Shown here: positions 28,535-36,758 of the stretch, in pieces
Position numbering within the stretch: position 1 is the stretch's first letter
Layout of the letters: each line of letters starts with the position of its first letter
Assembly (NCBI GenBank): GCA_964654135.1
Contig: CAZZHV010000002.1
Coordinates: 1 to 61,309, forward strand
Length of the DNA stretch: 61,309 bases
Source: an uncultured Candidatus Saccharibacteria bacterium
Lineage (GTDB): Bacteria > Patescibacteriota > Saccharimonadia > Saccharimonadales > UBA4665
Direction of reading: 5' to 3'
Notes under the pieces: generated by a model
Seen by the model: the letters and a program-made list of their open reading frames with translations, nothing else
What the model was told of the DNA's origin: nothing
Databases searched by the model: none
Position numbers and translations under genes: made by a program

Positions 28535-29413
28535 CTATTTCCAACGTCCTCGTTGCATGGGCTTTCTGAGTCGGGTTCGGCCGGTGATGTTCGCCTGCTT
28601 GAGCCTTGTTTCAAAATCTACGCTCATGTCTTCTGGTCCTACGACAAGACCTTTCGTACGGATAGTAATGGAGTCATCGAGTGAATTCTGTGCAATCTTA
28701 TCTTCTTCTGGCACTTCTAGCTCCGGCTCTGAATCGGTTGTGAGCCAATAATTGTTTTCTTCGGCATCTACGATTCCTGCCCGATGAAGCTTTGTCAGCT
28801 CGTAGCGTCCTGCCCAGTATTCATATGGCGTAACTTCTGTAATTTTATGGCCGGTTTCCTGAAAGTACATTTGTACGACAAACGCTGCTCTTACACCGAG
28901 GGGACGTTTGCGAAGCATCGGTGTAATTACTTCTTCGAAGTCTTCAGAATAATCGGGAAAGTCGTGCGATGGGTCGTAGTCTTTGTGCAGTCGATACGAC
29001 GTGAATCTTCGCTCTACGAGGCCTTCGTCAACGAGCTCGCCATAAAGGTCTATTACTTTCCCGCCAACTGATTGCGATAGTCTATGATGATTGCCCTCGA
29101 GCCAACGCAACATTGTCGAGCCGAGACTCACCCATCCCTCCCTGCCATTGAGCGTTGCAAAATATAAATGACCAAGCATATGCTGTGGCACACGCGGGTC
29201 TTTTAACCGTTCGGTATATTTTACAATCTCTGCTTCTGCTTCCATTGTTTCGATGTCGGCTGTTACGCCGTTGCGCAGTGATTCCCATCCCTCGTCAAGT
29301 GCATACAGGTCCGCAAAGTCGATCTCATCATTGATGCTGACGACTCCATGCAACAGGCCAAGTTTTTTATCTATTTGTTCTAAATCTTGCAGTTTTGGTT
29401 GCAGCTCTGACAC
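28535..29413 (-). CDS. hypothetical protein, translationally coupled to the sigma-like gene
   Basis: 292 aa. GTG start with AAGGAG 6 nt upstream. No recognisable domain. Confidence 0.6.
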   Translation of the reverse strand: MSELQPKLQDLEQIDKKLGLLHGVVSINDEIDFADLYALDEGWESLRNGVTADIETMEAEAEIVKYTERLKDPRVPQHMLGHLYFATLNGREGWVSLGSTMLRWLEGNHHRLSQSVGGKVIDLYGELVDEGLVERRFTSYRLHKDYDPSHDFPDYSEDFEEVITPMLRKRPLGVRAAFVVQMYFQETGHKITEVTPYEYWAGRYELTKLHRAGIVDAEENNYWLTTDSEPELEVPEEDKIAQNSLDDSITIRTKGLVVGPEDMSVDFETRLKQANITGRTRLRKPMQRGRWK

Positions 29414-29573
29414 AAAAACTCCTTATATATATTAAGAAGCAGTATAAATTACAAACGTACGTAACTTCAATAACTACTTTACCCCTGTTAATACCTGAAT
29501 TTTAAGTGTTGCGCTTATGGTAAAATATGCTTATAATCTTTAATGGTCAAATAGTCAAAAACATGTAAAAGTA

Positions 29574-29602
29574 TTGACATAAAGCCATGTATTTGCTAAT
29601 AT
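29574..29602 (+). promoter_or_regulatory. near-consensus sigma70 promoter
   Basis: TTGACA (29574-29579), 17 nt, TAATAT (29597-29602). Confidence 0.45.
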
Positions 29603-29608
29603 TACAAC

Positions 29609-30009
29609 TTGTAAGCGTTAGTACGACGTTCTTACGCACCTTATATCCCCCATTTCTAACAAATTGTTAGATTGCTCTAGAGCGTGCTGTGCGCCTAAGT
29701 TGTTACCCTCCACTTTTACGTCAGCGCTAGTCTAAAACAGACTGAAATGCGCTCTAAAGCAAACTAACCCCTTTAAGCACCTCGCCTACTTCGGTAGACG
29801 GGGCGACCTTACAAGAGTGAGTCCTCAAAGATGGTCCTCTGCGACCGGCACGCCGCTTTATGGAGTTTTGGCGCGCGATGCTTCACTACAGGTGGGCTTG
29901 AAGGGTCGATCTTCCCTCCGGGGAAGGTCTTCAGGGGATGTTAGCAATAACGTCCCCACAAAAAGGTCAACAAGCGGTGCCCACCCCCTCTTGTTGGCCT
30001 TTTTGTTTT
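29609..30009 (+). ncRNA. candidate ~400-nt structured leader (riboswitch/attenuator-like) or small RNA
   Basis: No credible ORF. Hairpins at 29783-29800 (UUCG loop), 29908-29929 (UCCG loop) and 29934-29957. Intrinsic terminator at 29965-30009. 29891-29900 can alternatively pair with the terminator's left arm and loop. Confidence 0.3.
29965..30009 (+). terminator. intrinsic terminator upstream of the 30065 ORF
   Basis: GGTCAACAAG-15 nt loop-CTTGTTGGCC followed by TTTTTGTTTT. Confidence 0.65.
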
Positions 30010-30064
30010 GCCAAAAATATTTTGTTACTTGCTCTTGGGGTGACCTTTCGGTAAACTGCTGCAC

Positions 30065-30724
30065 GTGCATACACTATTGCTTGCGCTTAGCGCAGTTCTG
30101 GCAGTCTGTTCATACGTGAGCCTCATTGGCGGCATCCTGAAAGGTTCTATTCGGCCTCACCCCGTAACTCGCCTGGCGCTCTGTGCAGCGTTGACGCTGA
30201 GCTTCTCGGGAGTTCTTCTGGCTCGCGGTAACGCTGGTGACCTCATTGTTAACGGCATATATGCCTTTCTGGCAGTCGTGGCGCTGGTTCTGAGCGTGCG
30301 ATCATCACCTCGTAGCCTGATTGACCTATTTCGAGGTGAAACCTATCCTGGCAGGCGGCTTGACCGTGTCTGCCTGTCGGTTTCTCTGGTTGGTGCAGGA
30401 ATCTTTGCGCTGAGTGGTCAATCGATACTTGGTATCGGGTGCGCAGTTCTGGCGGACATCGCGGCCTATACGCCAACTGTCGTCAAAGCTTGGTTCGACC
30501 CAACGTCCGAGCAGCACTGGACGTACAGCGTCAGCATGTTGTCAGCGATTGTGGCGCTCTGCGCTGATGCTGATATTCGATGGAGTTCGGCGTTCACCGT
30601 TTATCTGGTCTTCATTGATGGGTTGATGGTGACGCTCATATATCGCCAGTACCTGACGAGATTTGGTCGTCGGTTGTGGACAGTGACCCGCCTGGGGCGT
30701 GAGTCGCTGCCTGCCGAAGACTGA
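30065..30724 (+). CDS. ~7-TM integral membrane protein (GC-rich block)
   Basis: 219 aa, GTG start, about seven hydrophobic helices. No clear RBS, so the start is uncertain. Confidence 0.5.
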   Translation: MHTLLLALSAVLAVCSYVSLIGGILKGSIRPHPVTRLALCAALTLSFSGVLLARGNAGDLIVNGIYAFLAVVALVLSVRSSPRSLIDLFRGETYPGRRLDRVCLSVSLVGAGIFALSGQSILGIGCAVLADIAAYTPTVVKAWFDPTSEQHWTYSVSMLSAIVALCADADIRWSSAFTVYLVFIDGLMVTLIYRQYLTRFGRRLWTVTRLGRESLPAED

Positions 30725-30775
30725 GCAACTGTATGTGCGCTGCGGAGAGGAGCACCCATCCGTTCCTTTCCGCAG

Positions 30776-30804
30776 TTGACACAGGAATAATTATATTGTT
30801 ATAT
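30776..30804 (+). promoter_or_regulatory. sigma70-type promoter in an AT-rich patch
   Basis: TTGACA-17 nt-TTATAT upstream of 30900-31574. Confidence 0.4.
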
Positions 30805-30899
30805 ACACGACGAATGACGGGCGCTTATCTTCGCGTCTTTGCTTTGTCCGTCGACAAGGCCATTCTGCACCTACGCGACTTGAAAGAAGTGATACCCTC

Positions 30900-31574
30900 G
30901 TGTCTAGCAAGTACACGACGTATGTTCGCGCCAACTGGCGACCGCTGGTCATCGCGTTAGCGATGGCTATCATGACTTTGGTTGCCCTGTTGGCAATCCC
31001 CAGCGCAAAGGCACGTCACACCAAGCCTGGTCCGGGCAGCGAGGTCACACCGCGAGAGCTGCACGCACGTGACTTTCCCGTCAAAAACTACGCATTCTCC
31101 GTGGTCGATAATCCAATCGACCCATGCAGCGTGGTGGCGGCGAAGACTGTCGGCGGCGCTCTTGAGCTACCGCAGCTGAAGGCGACAATGGCCTGGCGGT
31201 CGAAAGGTCCCGAACCTCGTGTGGAAAACACCTGCGTTTACGGAGATCGCGACTTCACAGTCCAGGTGGACACTGAGTGCCCGTGGACATACGCTGTCTT
31301 TAACAACAGCGCTCGTGCTTTCACTGGTGCTGGCGGGTACGTCAATCGCATCATTGCGATCACACCGGACGAACTTAAGGTGCTTAAAGGCGTCCGATAC
31401 GGCGTGTGGCTGTTTCACGGCAATAGGCCTGCTGGAGCAGTGTTTCGTCTGAACCGAGTGTTCGTGCATGGTCACGGCATCGGTCCGAACGTCACCTTCT
31501 ACACCCAGTCGCCGGCGTTGACACGCGCTGCTCTTACGGAGCTGATTGTCGAAGCGGCTGGAAGTCTCAAGTAA
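30900..31574 (+). CDS. secreted protein, paralogue of 31791-32408 (actinobacterial DUF3558-like?)
   Basis: GTG start. Signal peptide ending SAKA. Shares IDPC and C(V)Y Cys-containing motifs with the next gene. Confidence 0.6.
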   Translation: MSSKYTTYVRANWRPLVIALAMAIMTLVALLAIPSAKARHTKPGPGSEVTPRELHARDFPVKNYAFSVVDNPIDPCSVVAAKTVGGALELPQLKATMAWRSKGPEPRVENTCVYGDRDFTVQVDTECPWTYAVFNNSARAFTGAGGYVNRIIAITPDELKVLKGVRYGVWLFHGNRPAGAVFRLNRVFVHGHGIGPNVTFYTQSPALTRAALTELIVEAAGSLK

Positions 31575-31607
31575 CGTAGGTACGGCCAGTACCAGCAACT
31601 GGCCCGT

Positions 31608-31651
31608 GCGAGGTGAGACACAGATGAGCTTCTGCTCATGTCTCACCTCGC
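31608..31651 (+). terminator. GC-rich hairpin terminator
   Basis: GCGAGGTGAGACA...TGTCTCACCTCGC long stem. Preceded by a second hairpin, GGCCAGT-accagca-ACTGGCC, at 31584-31604. Confidence 0.55.
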
Positions 31652-31679
31652 GCAACCTACCTACATATGGTCTTATATA

Positions 31680-31708
31680 TTTACTTTACATAGTTTTTAT
31701 AGCATAAT
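31680..31708 (+). promoter_or_regulatory. sigma70-type promoter in an AT-rich patch
   Basis: TTTACT-17 nt-CATAAT. GC-rich sequence resumes within ~10 nt downstream. Confidence 0.4.
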
Positions 31709-31790
31709 ATACAGCGAATGAGACGCACCCGCGTTTTCCGCTGCCTTCCAGGCACGCCATTCATCCACTCAGATCAGAGGGAGCAAAAAG

Positions 31791-32408
31791 ATGCGATCTC
31801 GTCGCATGTCCGCTGTCATCGCAGCCATTGTGGTTGCTCCGTTGCTGGCGCTCACTGCGTGCAGCTCCGGCGGCGACAACTCCAGTTCCAGCTCCAGCTA
31901 TCCGGAAACGGCCAGCGAGACGACAACCAGGCTCGGCAAGTACGCGATCACCAACAACATCGACCCCTGCTGGTTGGCCGCGCGCTCCATCACTGGATGG
32001 CTTGACGCCAATCCGCGCAAGGGCAAGCGACAGGCCTTTCCCCAGGCCATCGCCCCGGTCGAGCCGAACGGCGAGCGTCGCTGCGTCTACGACGGTGGTG
32101 TGCTGACTGTCTCGACATACGTCGAGAAAAAGGGCTCCAACAAGCTCTACAACACAGTACTGGACGTCTACAGCGGCACAATGAGCCAGCACGCCATCGG
32201 CGGTGAAATCGCCCAGAAGGCGTCTGGTATGTGGATCACCTTCCACGGTCAGCTCGTCGGCGGTGTGATCCAGCCCAAGCACAGTGGTGTCACCGTCGTC
32301 CTCCAGACGCCGCCTGGCTCCATCTTCGACCGAGACGGCCTCAACAATGTCGCCATGCTGGCGGCCGACGACATCATCAACGGCACCGCCGAGGATGACA
32401 TGAGCTGA
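31791..32408 (+). CDS. lipoprotein, paralogue of 30900-31574
   Basis: GAGGGAG RBS. Lipobox LLALTAC followed by a Ser-rich linker. Shares the NIDPC ... RRCVYDGG motif arrangement with the upstream gene. Confidence 0.7.
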   Translation: MRSRRMSAVIAAIVVAPLLALTACSSGGDNSSSSSSYPETASETTTRLGKYAITNNIDPCWLAARSITGWLDANPRKGKRQAFPQAIAPVEPNGERRCVYDGGVLTVSTYVEKKGSNKLYNTVLDVYSGTMSQHAIGGEIAQKASGMWITFHGQLVGGVIQPKHSGVTVVLQTPPGSIFDRDGLNNVAMLAADDIINGTAEDDMS

Positions 32409-32543
32409 GCTCGTATCCCAACTACACTAGGAGGCCTGCCCCCATACTATGATCTGAGCCGGTGTGGCGGGAGACAAGAATTGAGCAATTGCTCATCTAT
32501 ACTATTCTTCGTCTCTCGCCCACTGCCCCAACCCTGAATTATA

Positions 32544-32570
32544 AAAACCACCCGTTTAGTGGGTGGTTTT
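32544..32570. terminator. bidirectional terminator
   Basis: AAAACCACCC-gtttagt-GGGTGGTTTT between convergent genes (the lipoprotein gene and pth). Confidence 0.7.
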
Positions 32571-32574
32571 CTTT

Positions 32575-33213
32575 TTAGATGATAAAGCTACGAGTTTCGG
32601 CCATGAGTTGCCCACCATAGGTGTACTCACTTAATATGGCGCTGCTTTCGCGTAGAAGGTCGTTCATGTATCCCTCTTGCTCTTTTGAGAAGCGTGCCAA
32701 GACAAAGTCGGAGCTATCTTGCTCGGGATGTGCCTTTGGGCCAATTCCAACACGTATACGGCCGTACTGCTCCCCCATATGTTGCGTGACTGACTTGATG
32801 CCGTTATGGCCAGCTGCTGAGCCGCCTATCCTCGTGCGAATCTGTCCAAAAGGAATATCAAGCTCATCATGCACGACGACAATTTGCGAAGGGTCGATTT
32901 TGTAGAAGGCAGTTGTTGCCTGCACACTCTCACCACTGAGATTCATAAATGTAGTCGGCTTAATAAGGATAACTCGAGTGCCACCTAATGTGTTACTGGT
33001 AAAATGTGCCTTAAGATCTTTCTTTTCGATCCAAGCCGGAAAGTCGTTTGCCTCTGCAAAGTGATCGACTGCAGCAAAGCCAATATTGTGTCGTGTGCCG
33101 TCATACTGTTTGCCAACGTTACCAAGACCAACGATAAGGATCGTTTTGTTCTGGCCAAGCGTGTAAAATTGGATGTTTTCGCCTACTTGAGGTCGTTTCT
33201 GAAATAATGCCAT
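32575..33213 (-). CDS. pth: peptidyl-tRNA hydrolase
   Basis: LIVGLGNVGKQYDGTRHNIGF ... GHNGIKS. Confidence 0.95.
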   Translation of the reverse strand: MALFQKRPQVGENIQFYTLGQNKTILIVGLGNVGKQYDGTRHNIGFAAVDHFAEANDFPAWIEKKDLKAHFTSNTLGGTRVILIKPTTFMNLSGESVQATTAFYKIDPSQIVVVHDELDIPFGQIRTRIGGSAAGHNGIKSVTQHMGEQYGRIRVGIGPKAHPEQDSSDFVLARFSKEQEGYMNDLLRESSAILSEYTYGGQLMAETRSFII

Positions 33214-33285
33214 GGTCTTATCTTACATCTAAGGCTCCGCAGGAACAACGGTGTACAAAATACGAAGATACGATATACTTGCCGC

Positions 33286-33870
33286 ATGGACAAACTCTCT
33301 GACTTAGCCTTTAATGAACTTGAACACATACCAGTCGATTCTGCCGAAAGTCTAGCGCACATATTGCGTGATGTGGATACGCGTCAATGGGGCCATCCAC
33401 CCTATAAGAGTATTGATAGACTTTATGACGAAATTGATGCCGGCGAGTCTCGACTCGTGCAGCTTGGCTCGACCATTGGGCGGTTGGTTTCTGTTGTAAA
33501 CGTCGAAGTTACGGCACATATCAATGGCGTACACTACAATCTCAAAGAAGATCGCCAAGAATTTACCGACGGCAATGTCAGGCGCCGCAGTTTGCCTGGC
33601 GTGAGCGAAAAGATTCAAGGCGATGAAGACCCCGAAGCAGCCGCACGGCGTGGTATCGCTGAGGAGCTTGGCGTGACATTTGCGGGTACGCTTACGAGTG
33701 CTTCGTCGGAGATTGTGCGTAAGCCGTCATCACACAGCTACCCTAACTTGAGCGGTATCTATTTGACGCATCTTTTTAAGGCAGAGTTTGGCGAGACTGA
33801 GTGGAACTCGGATGGCTACAAAGAAGTGCAGACAGATAAGACAACCTACTTTGTCTGGGAACGTCAGTAA
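33286..33870 (+). CDS. hypothetical protein with degenerate Nudix-like box
   Basis: 194 aa. GDEDPEAAARRGIAEELGV approximates the Nudix motif. Confidence 0.55.
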   Translation: MDKLSDLAFNELEHIPVDSAESLAHILRDVDTRQWGHPPYKSIDRLYDEIDAGESRLVQLGSTIGRLVSVVNVEVTAHINGVHYNLKEDRQEFTDGNVRRRSLPGVSEKIQGDEDPEAAARRGIAEELGVTFAGTLTSASSEIVRKPSSHSYPNLSGIYLTHLFKAEFGETEWNSDGYKEVQTDKTTYFVWERQ

Positions 33871-33874
33871 GTAA

Positions 33875-33900
33875 AAAAGCCCCGATTACTCGGGGCTTTT
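33875..33900. terminator. bidirectional terminator
   Basis: AAAAGCCCCG-attact-CGGGGCTTTT between convergent genes. Confidence 0.75.
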
Positions 33901-33902
33901 GG

Positions 33903-35351
33903 CTACTTCTTGGGTGAACCTTTGGACTTGCGGGCTAACTTGTTCTCAAGTGCTCGCTGAACCATTTCCATGCTCTTGCGTGGTTTATTCTTGCGAGGCT
34001 CCTTAGTTGGGCTGTTGCCGTGCTTGTGACCCTCGTGTTTTTCGATAAACCAAAGCTGGATAGCAGTACCTTCGTAACCGAAGCGCTCACGCATGTTGCG
34101 CTCGAGGTAGCGCTTGTAACTCCAGTGGAGGAACTTGGTGTGTGAACCAAAAACCTTGAATGCTGGGATTGGGTTGTCGTCTTCTTGAGTCATGTAGTTG
34201 AGCTTAGGTGTGCGACCCTTGAGGCCTGCTGGTGGGTGCTTGTCGACAACTTCACGGAGCCAGCGGTTGAGTTCGCTTGTTGTAAAGCGTTGCTTGCGGT
34301 GCTCGTCGATTTCGAATGCGAGGTCAAATAGTTTGGTGACATTCTGACCAGTAACAGAGCTGGTAAAGATAAGTGGTGCCCATGGCACAAAGTCGTAGGT
34401 GCCAGCAATTTGTGGAGCGAGCGCATCACGTGTGAATGCGTCTTTTTCTTCGAGCGCATCCCATTTGCTTACAACGAGCACGAGGCCCTTGCCCGCTTCT
34501 TTGATCATGCCAGCAATTTTTTGGTCGAGCTGAACATTGAGCTCATTAGCATCCATAAGCATGAAACAGACGTCAGACTGCTCAATTGCGGCAAGTGTAC
34601 GGATAACGCTAAAGTGTTCGATACCAGTACCGATTTTGCCTGGACGACGGATACCCGCGGTGTCCATGATTTCGACTTCTCGGCCTTGGTACTTTACAAC
34701 TGCACGGTTGATGTCGCGAGTTGTGCCAGCGCGATCGGCAACGATTGCCTGCTGTTTTTTAGCGAGTGTGTTAAAGAGGTATGATTTTCCAACGTTAGGA
34801 CGACCAAGAAGAGCGATGCGTAGACGATCGTCTGCTTCCTCTAGGGTAGCCTTAGGAATGTGCTCAATGAGAGTGTCAAGGAGGTCCCCAATACCTTGAC
34901 TGTGGGTCGTACTGGTCTTGATGATAGGCTTGATGCCAAGACGGTCAAAGCCGCTGAGATCTGCTTTGCGTGCGGTATCAAACTTGTTGATTACCAAGAA
35001 TACTGGCTTGCGGCTCTTGAGGGCCATTTTGGCGACGCGGCGGTCCTCTTCGGTGATGGCGACGTTGGCTTCAACAACAACCCAAATAACGTCTGCACTA
35101 TCGGTTGCCTGAATGATCTGCTCTTGAATAGTAAACTCGAAGTCGTCTTCGGCGTCTTTGATACCAGCGGTATCGACCATCCAGAAATCTTGGTCATTCC
35201 AGCGAGCCTTAGCCATGATGCTATCGCGAGTAGTACCGGCTTCTTTGGCTACAATAGCCTCACGGCGGCGCAAAATCGCGTTAAATAAACTAGACTTGCC
35301 CACGTTGGCACGTCCTACAATTGCTACAATAGGTAATTTTTTCGATGACAT
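33903..35351 (-). CDS. der: ribosome-biogenesis GTPase Der (EngA)
   Basis: Two GTPase domains (GRANVGKSSLFN; GRPNVGKSYLFN), a KH-like domain and a basic tail. Confidence 0.95.
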   Translation of the reverse strand: MSSKKLPIVAIVGRANVGKSSLFNAILRRREAIVAKEAGTTRDSIMAKARWNDQDFWMVDTAGIKDAEDDFEFTIQEQIIQATDSADVIWVVVEANVAITEEDRRVAKMALKSRKPVFLVINKFDTARKADLSGFDRLGIKPIIKTSTTHSQGIGDLLDTLIEHIPKATLEEADDRLRIALLGRPNVGKSYLFNTLAKKQQAIVADRAGTTRDINRAVVKYQGREVEIMDTAGIRRPGKIGTGIEHFSVIRTLAAIEQSDVCFMLMDANELNVQLDQKIAGMIKEAGKGLVLVVSKWDALEEKDAFTRDALAPQIAGTYDFVPWAPLIFTSSVTGQNVTKLFDLAFEIDEHRKQRFTTSELNRWLREVVDKHPPAGLKGRTPKLNYMTQEDDNPIPAFKVFGSHTKFLHWSYKRYLERNMRERFGYEGTAIQLWFIEKHEGHKHGNSPTKEPRKNKPRKSMEMVQRALENKLARKSKGSPKK

Positions 35352-35381
35352 TAGATACAGTATATCAAACTCGAGGTAAAA

Positions 35382-35411
35382 TTGACAGAGCTCAGTGAAA
35401 AATTGTATAGT
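35382..35411 (+). promoter_or_regulatory. sigma70-type promoter, possibly giving a leaderless mRNA
   Basis: TTGACA-18 nt-TATAGT. The ATG at 35419 lies 8 nt after the -10. Confidence 0.4.
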
Positions 35412-35418
35412 ATATGGA

Positions 35419-36075
35419 ATGAGTGGCCATGAATTCGCCCCTGGTAACAGTGCGTCTGACTATGAGTCGCAAGCATATAGCGAGCAACTCTTTGAGCCAT
35501 CTTCCCTTCTCAGCGAGTTTCAACAGCGTCAAGAAACGCTTACTTCGTTTGTTAGTGCCGAAGTTGGCGCCTATTATTTTCACCAAGCAATCTGCACCAA
35601 ACTCGTGCAGGCTGGTAGACTCCCACGCGATGTTCCATTCGAGAACGGAACGCACCGCGTCTACTCACCGATTAGTTACGACCCAGAGCCCGGCAATTCA
35701 GAAGAACGCCGATTTATTAAGCTGGCCAAGCACTTGGGCGCCGAAGGCGTTGAAGTGCCTATACTTGCCGTTGCTACCCCTGCCGAACTCGAGCAACGCA
35801 CGCCTGTTCCTAAGGAGCGCTCTTTTTCGCGTAGCGAGCTATTACTCGTGCATGGCGCTATGCAAAAGCGCACACAGTCAGGTGGTGCTAGCCAGAATGC
35901 CCTCATTGAGCTGTTCATGAGTCGCCCAGCAACCGACGAAGTGGTGCAACGGTACCGCGATAAGCAACAATCTTACTTGGGCTGGTTGCGCATTGCTGCT
36001 TCTGAGCTCAAGATGCCCCTACAGCTTCGCCCCTACTACCCTAAGATTCAAGCGTACGATATTTACCCTCAGTAA
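35419..36075 (+). CDS. hypothetical protein
   Basis: ORF 35395-36075 trimmed to the first ATG. No recognisable domain. Its 3' end overlaps the convergent pseudouridine synthase gene. Confidence 0.45.
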   Translation: MSGHEFAPGNSASDYESQAYSEQLFEPSSLLSEFQQRQETLTSFVSAEVGAYYFHQAICTKLVQAGRLPRDVPFENGTHRVYSPISYDPEPGNSEERRFIKLAKHLGAEGVEVPILAVATPAELEQRTPVPKERSFSRSELLLVHGAMQKRTQSGGASQNALIELFMSRPATDEVVQRYRDKQQSYLGWLRIAASELKMPLQLRPYYPKIQAYDIYPQ

Positions 36076-36724
36076 GGTTATTGAGCGCATATGGCCCAAA
36101 CTGTGTGCGATGTAACGCCCTAACCGTATAACCTAGGCTTTCGAACGTGCGGCGAATTTGACGATTACGTCCTTCGTACATAGTAACGAGCCATGCTGTT
36201 TCATTGCCCTCATGCATACGTTCGAGGCCGAGCCTACTCGCTCCATCTTCTAACTGTACGCCAAAATCGGCAATCATTTGTCGGTGTAATGGCGCCAACG
36301 CCCTATCGAGACTAATTTCGTAGACTTTAGTCTTTTGGTAACGAGGGTGAGTAAGCTGTTCGGCAAGCTTGCCATCATTTGTTAGGAGTAGCAGTCCAGA
36401 TGAGTCTTTGTCGAGTCTACCGACTGGCTGGAGATGGCTAAATTGTGCCGGAAGTAGCTCGTATATAGTTCTACTGCCTTGACCATTGCGGCTCACTACA
36501 TAGCCTCGTGGCTTGTTGAGCATAATTGTGGTGGTTGTGACGTGTAGGGCGATAGGCTTGCCATCGAGCGAGATGTGTTCTGTGCCGTCAATAGTCATGC
36601 CAGTTGTGGCTTGATGCCCATTAACGAGTACGCGCCCGTCGCTAATGGCTCTATCGGCCGCCCGTCGTGATAAATCTGTTCGAGCAGCTAAAAATTTATT
36701 GAGACGTGTTATCTGGGCATCCAT
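36041..36724 (-). CDS. RsuA/RluB-family rRNA pseudouridine synthase
   Basis: S4 domain (RLNKFLA...SRRAADRAISDGRVLVNG) and catalytic GRLDKDSSGLLLLTNDG. Confidence 0.9.
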   Translation of the reverse strand: MDAQITRLNKFLAARTDLSRRAADRAISDGRVLVNGHQATTGMTIDGTEHISLDGKPIALHVTTTTIMLNKPRGYVVSRNGQGSRTIYELLPAQFSHLQPVGRLDKDSSGLLLLTNDGKLAEQLTHPRYQKTKVYEISLDRALAPLHRQMIADFGVQLEDGASRLGLERMHEGNETAWLVTMYEGRNRQIRRTFESLGYTVRALHRTQFGPYALNNLTEGKYRTLES

Positions 36725-36758
36725 GCCGATAGTATATCAGGTTTTACGGGGATACTCT

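Noticed and set aside
29609-30009. Identity of the structured RNA as tmRNA, RNase P RNA, SRP RNA or 6S RNA
   Set aside because: It has no tRNA-like 3' end (GGTTCGA.TCC...CCA) or tag ORF. It has no GAGGAAAGTCC-type RNase P core and no SRP domain IV motif. The size and position upstream of an ORF fit a leader better. The class remains unknown.
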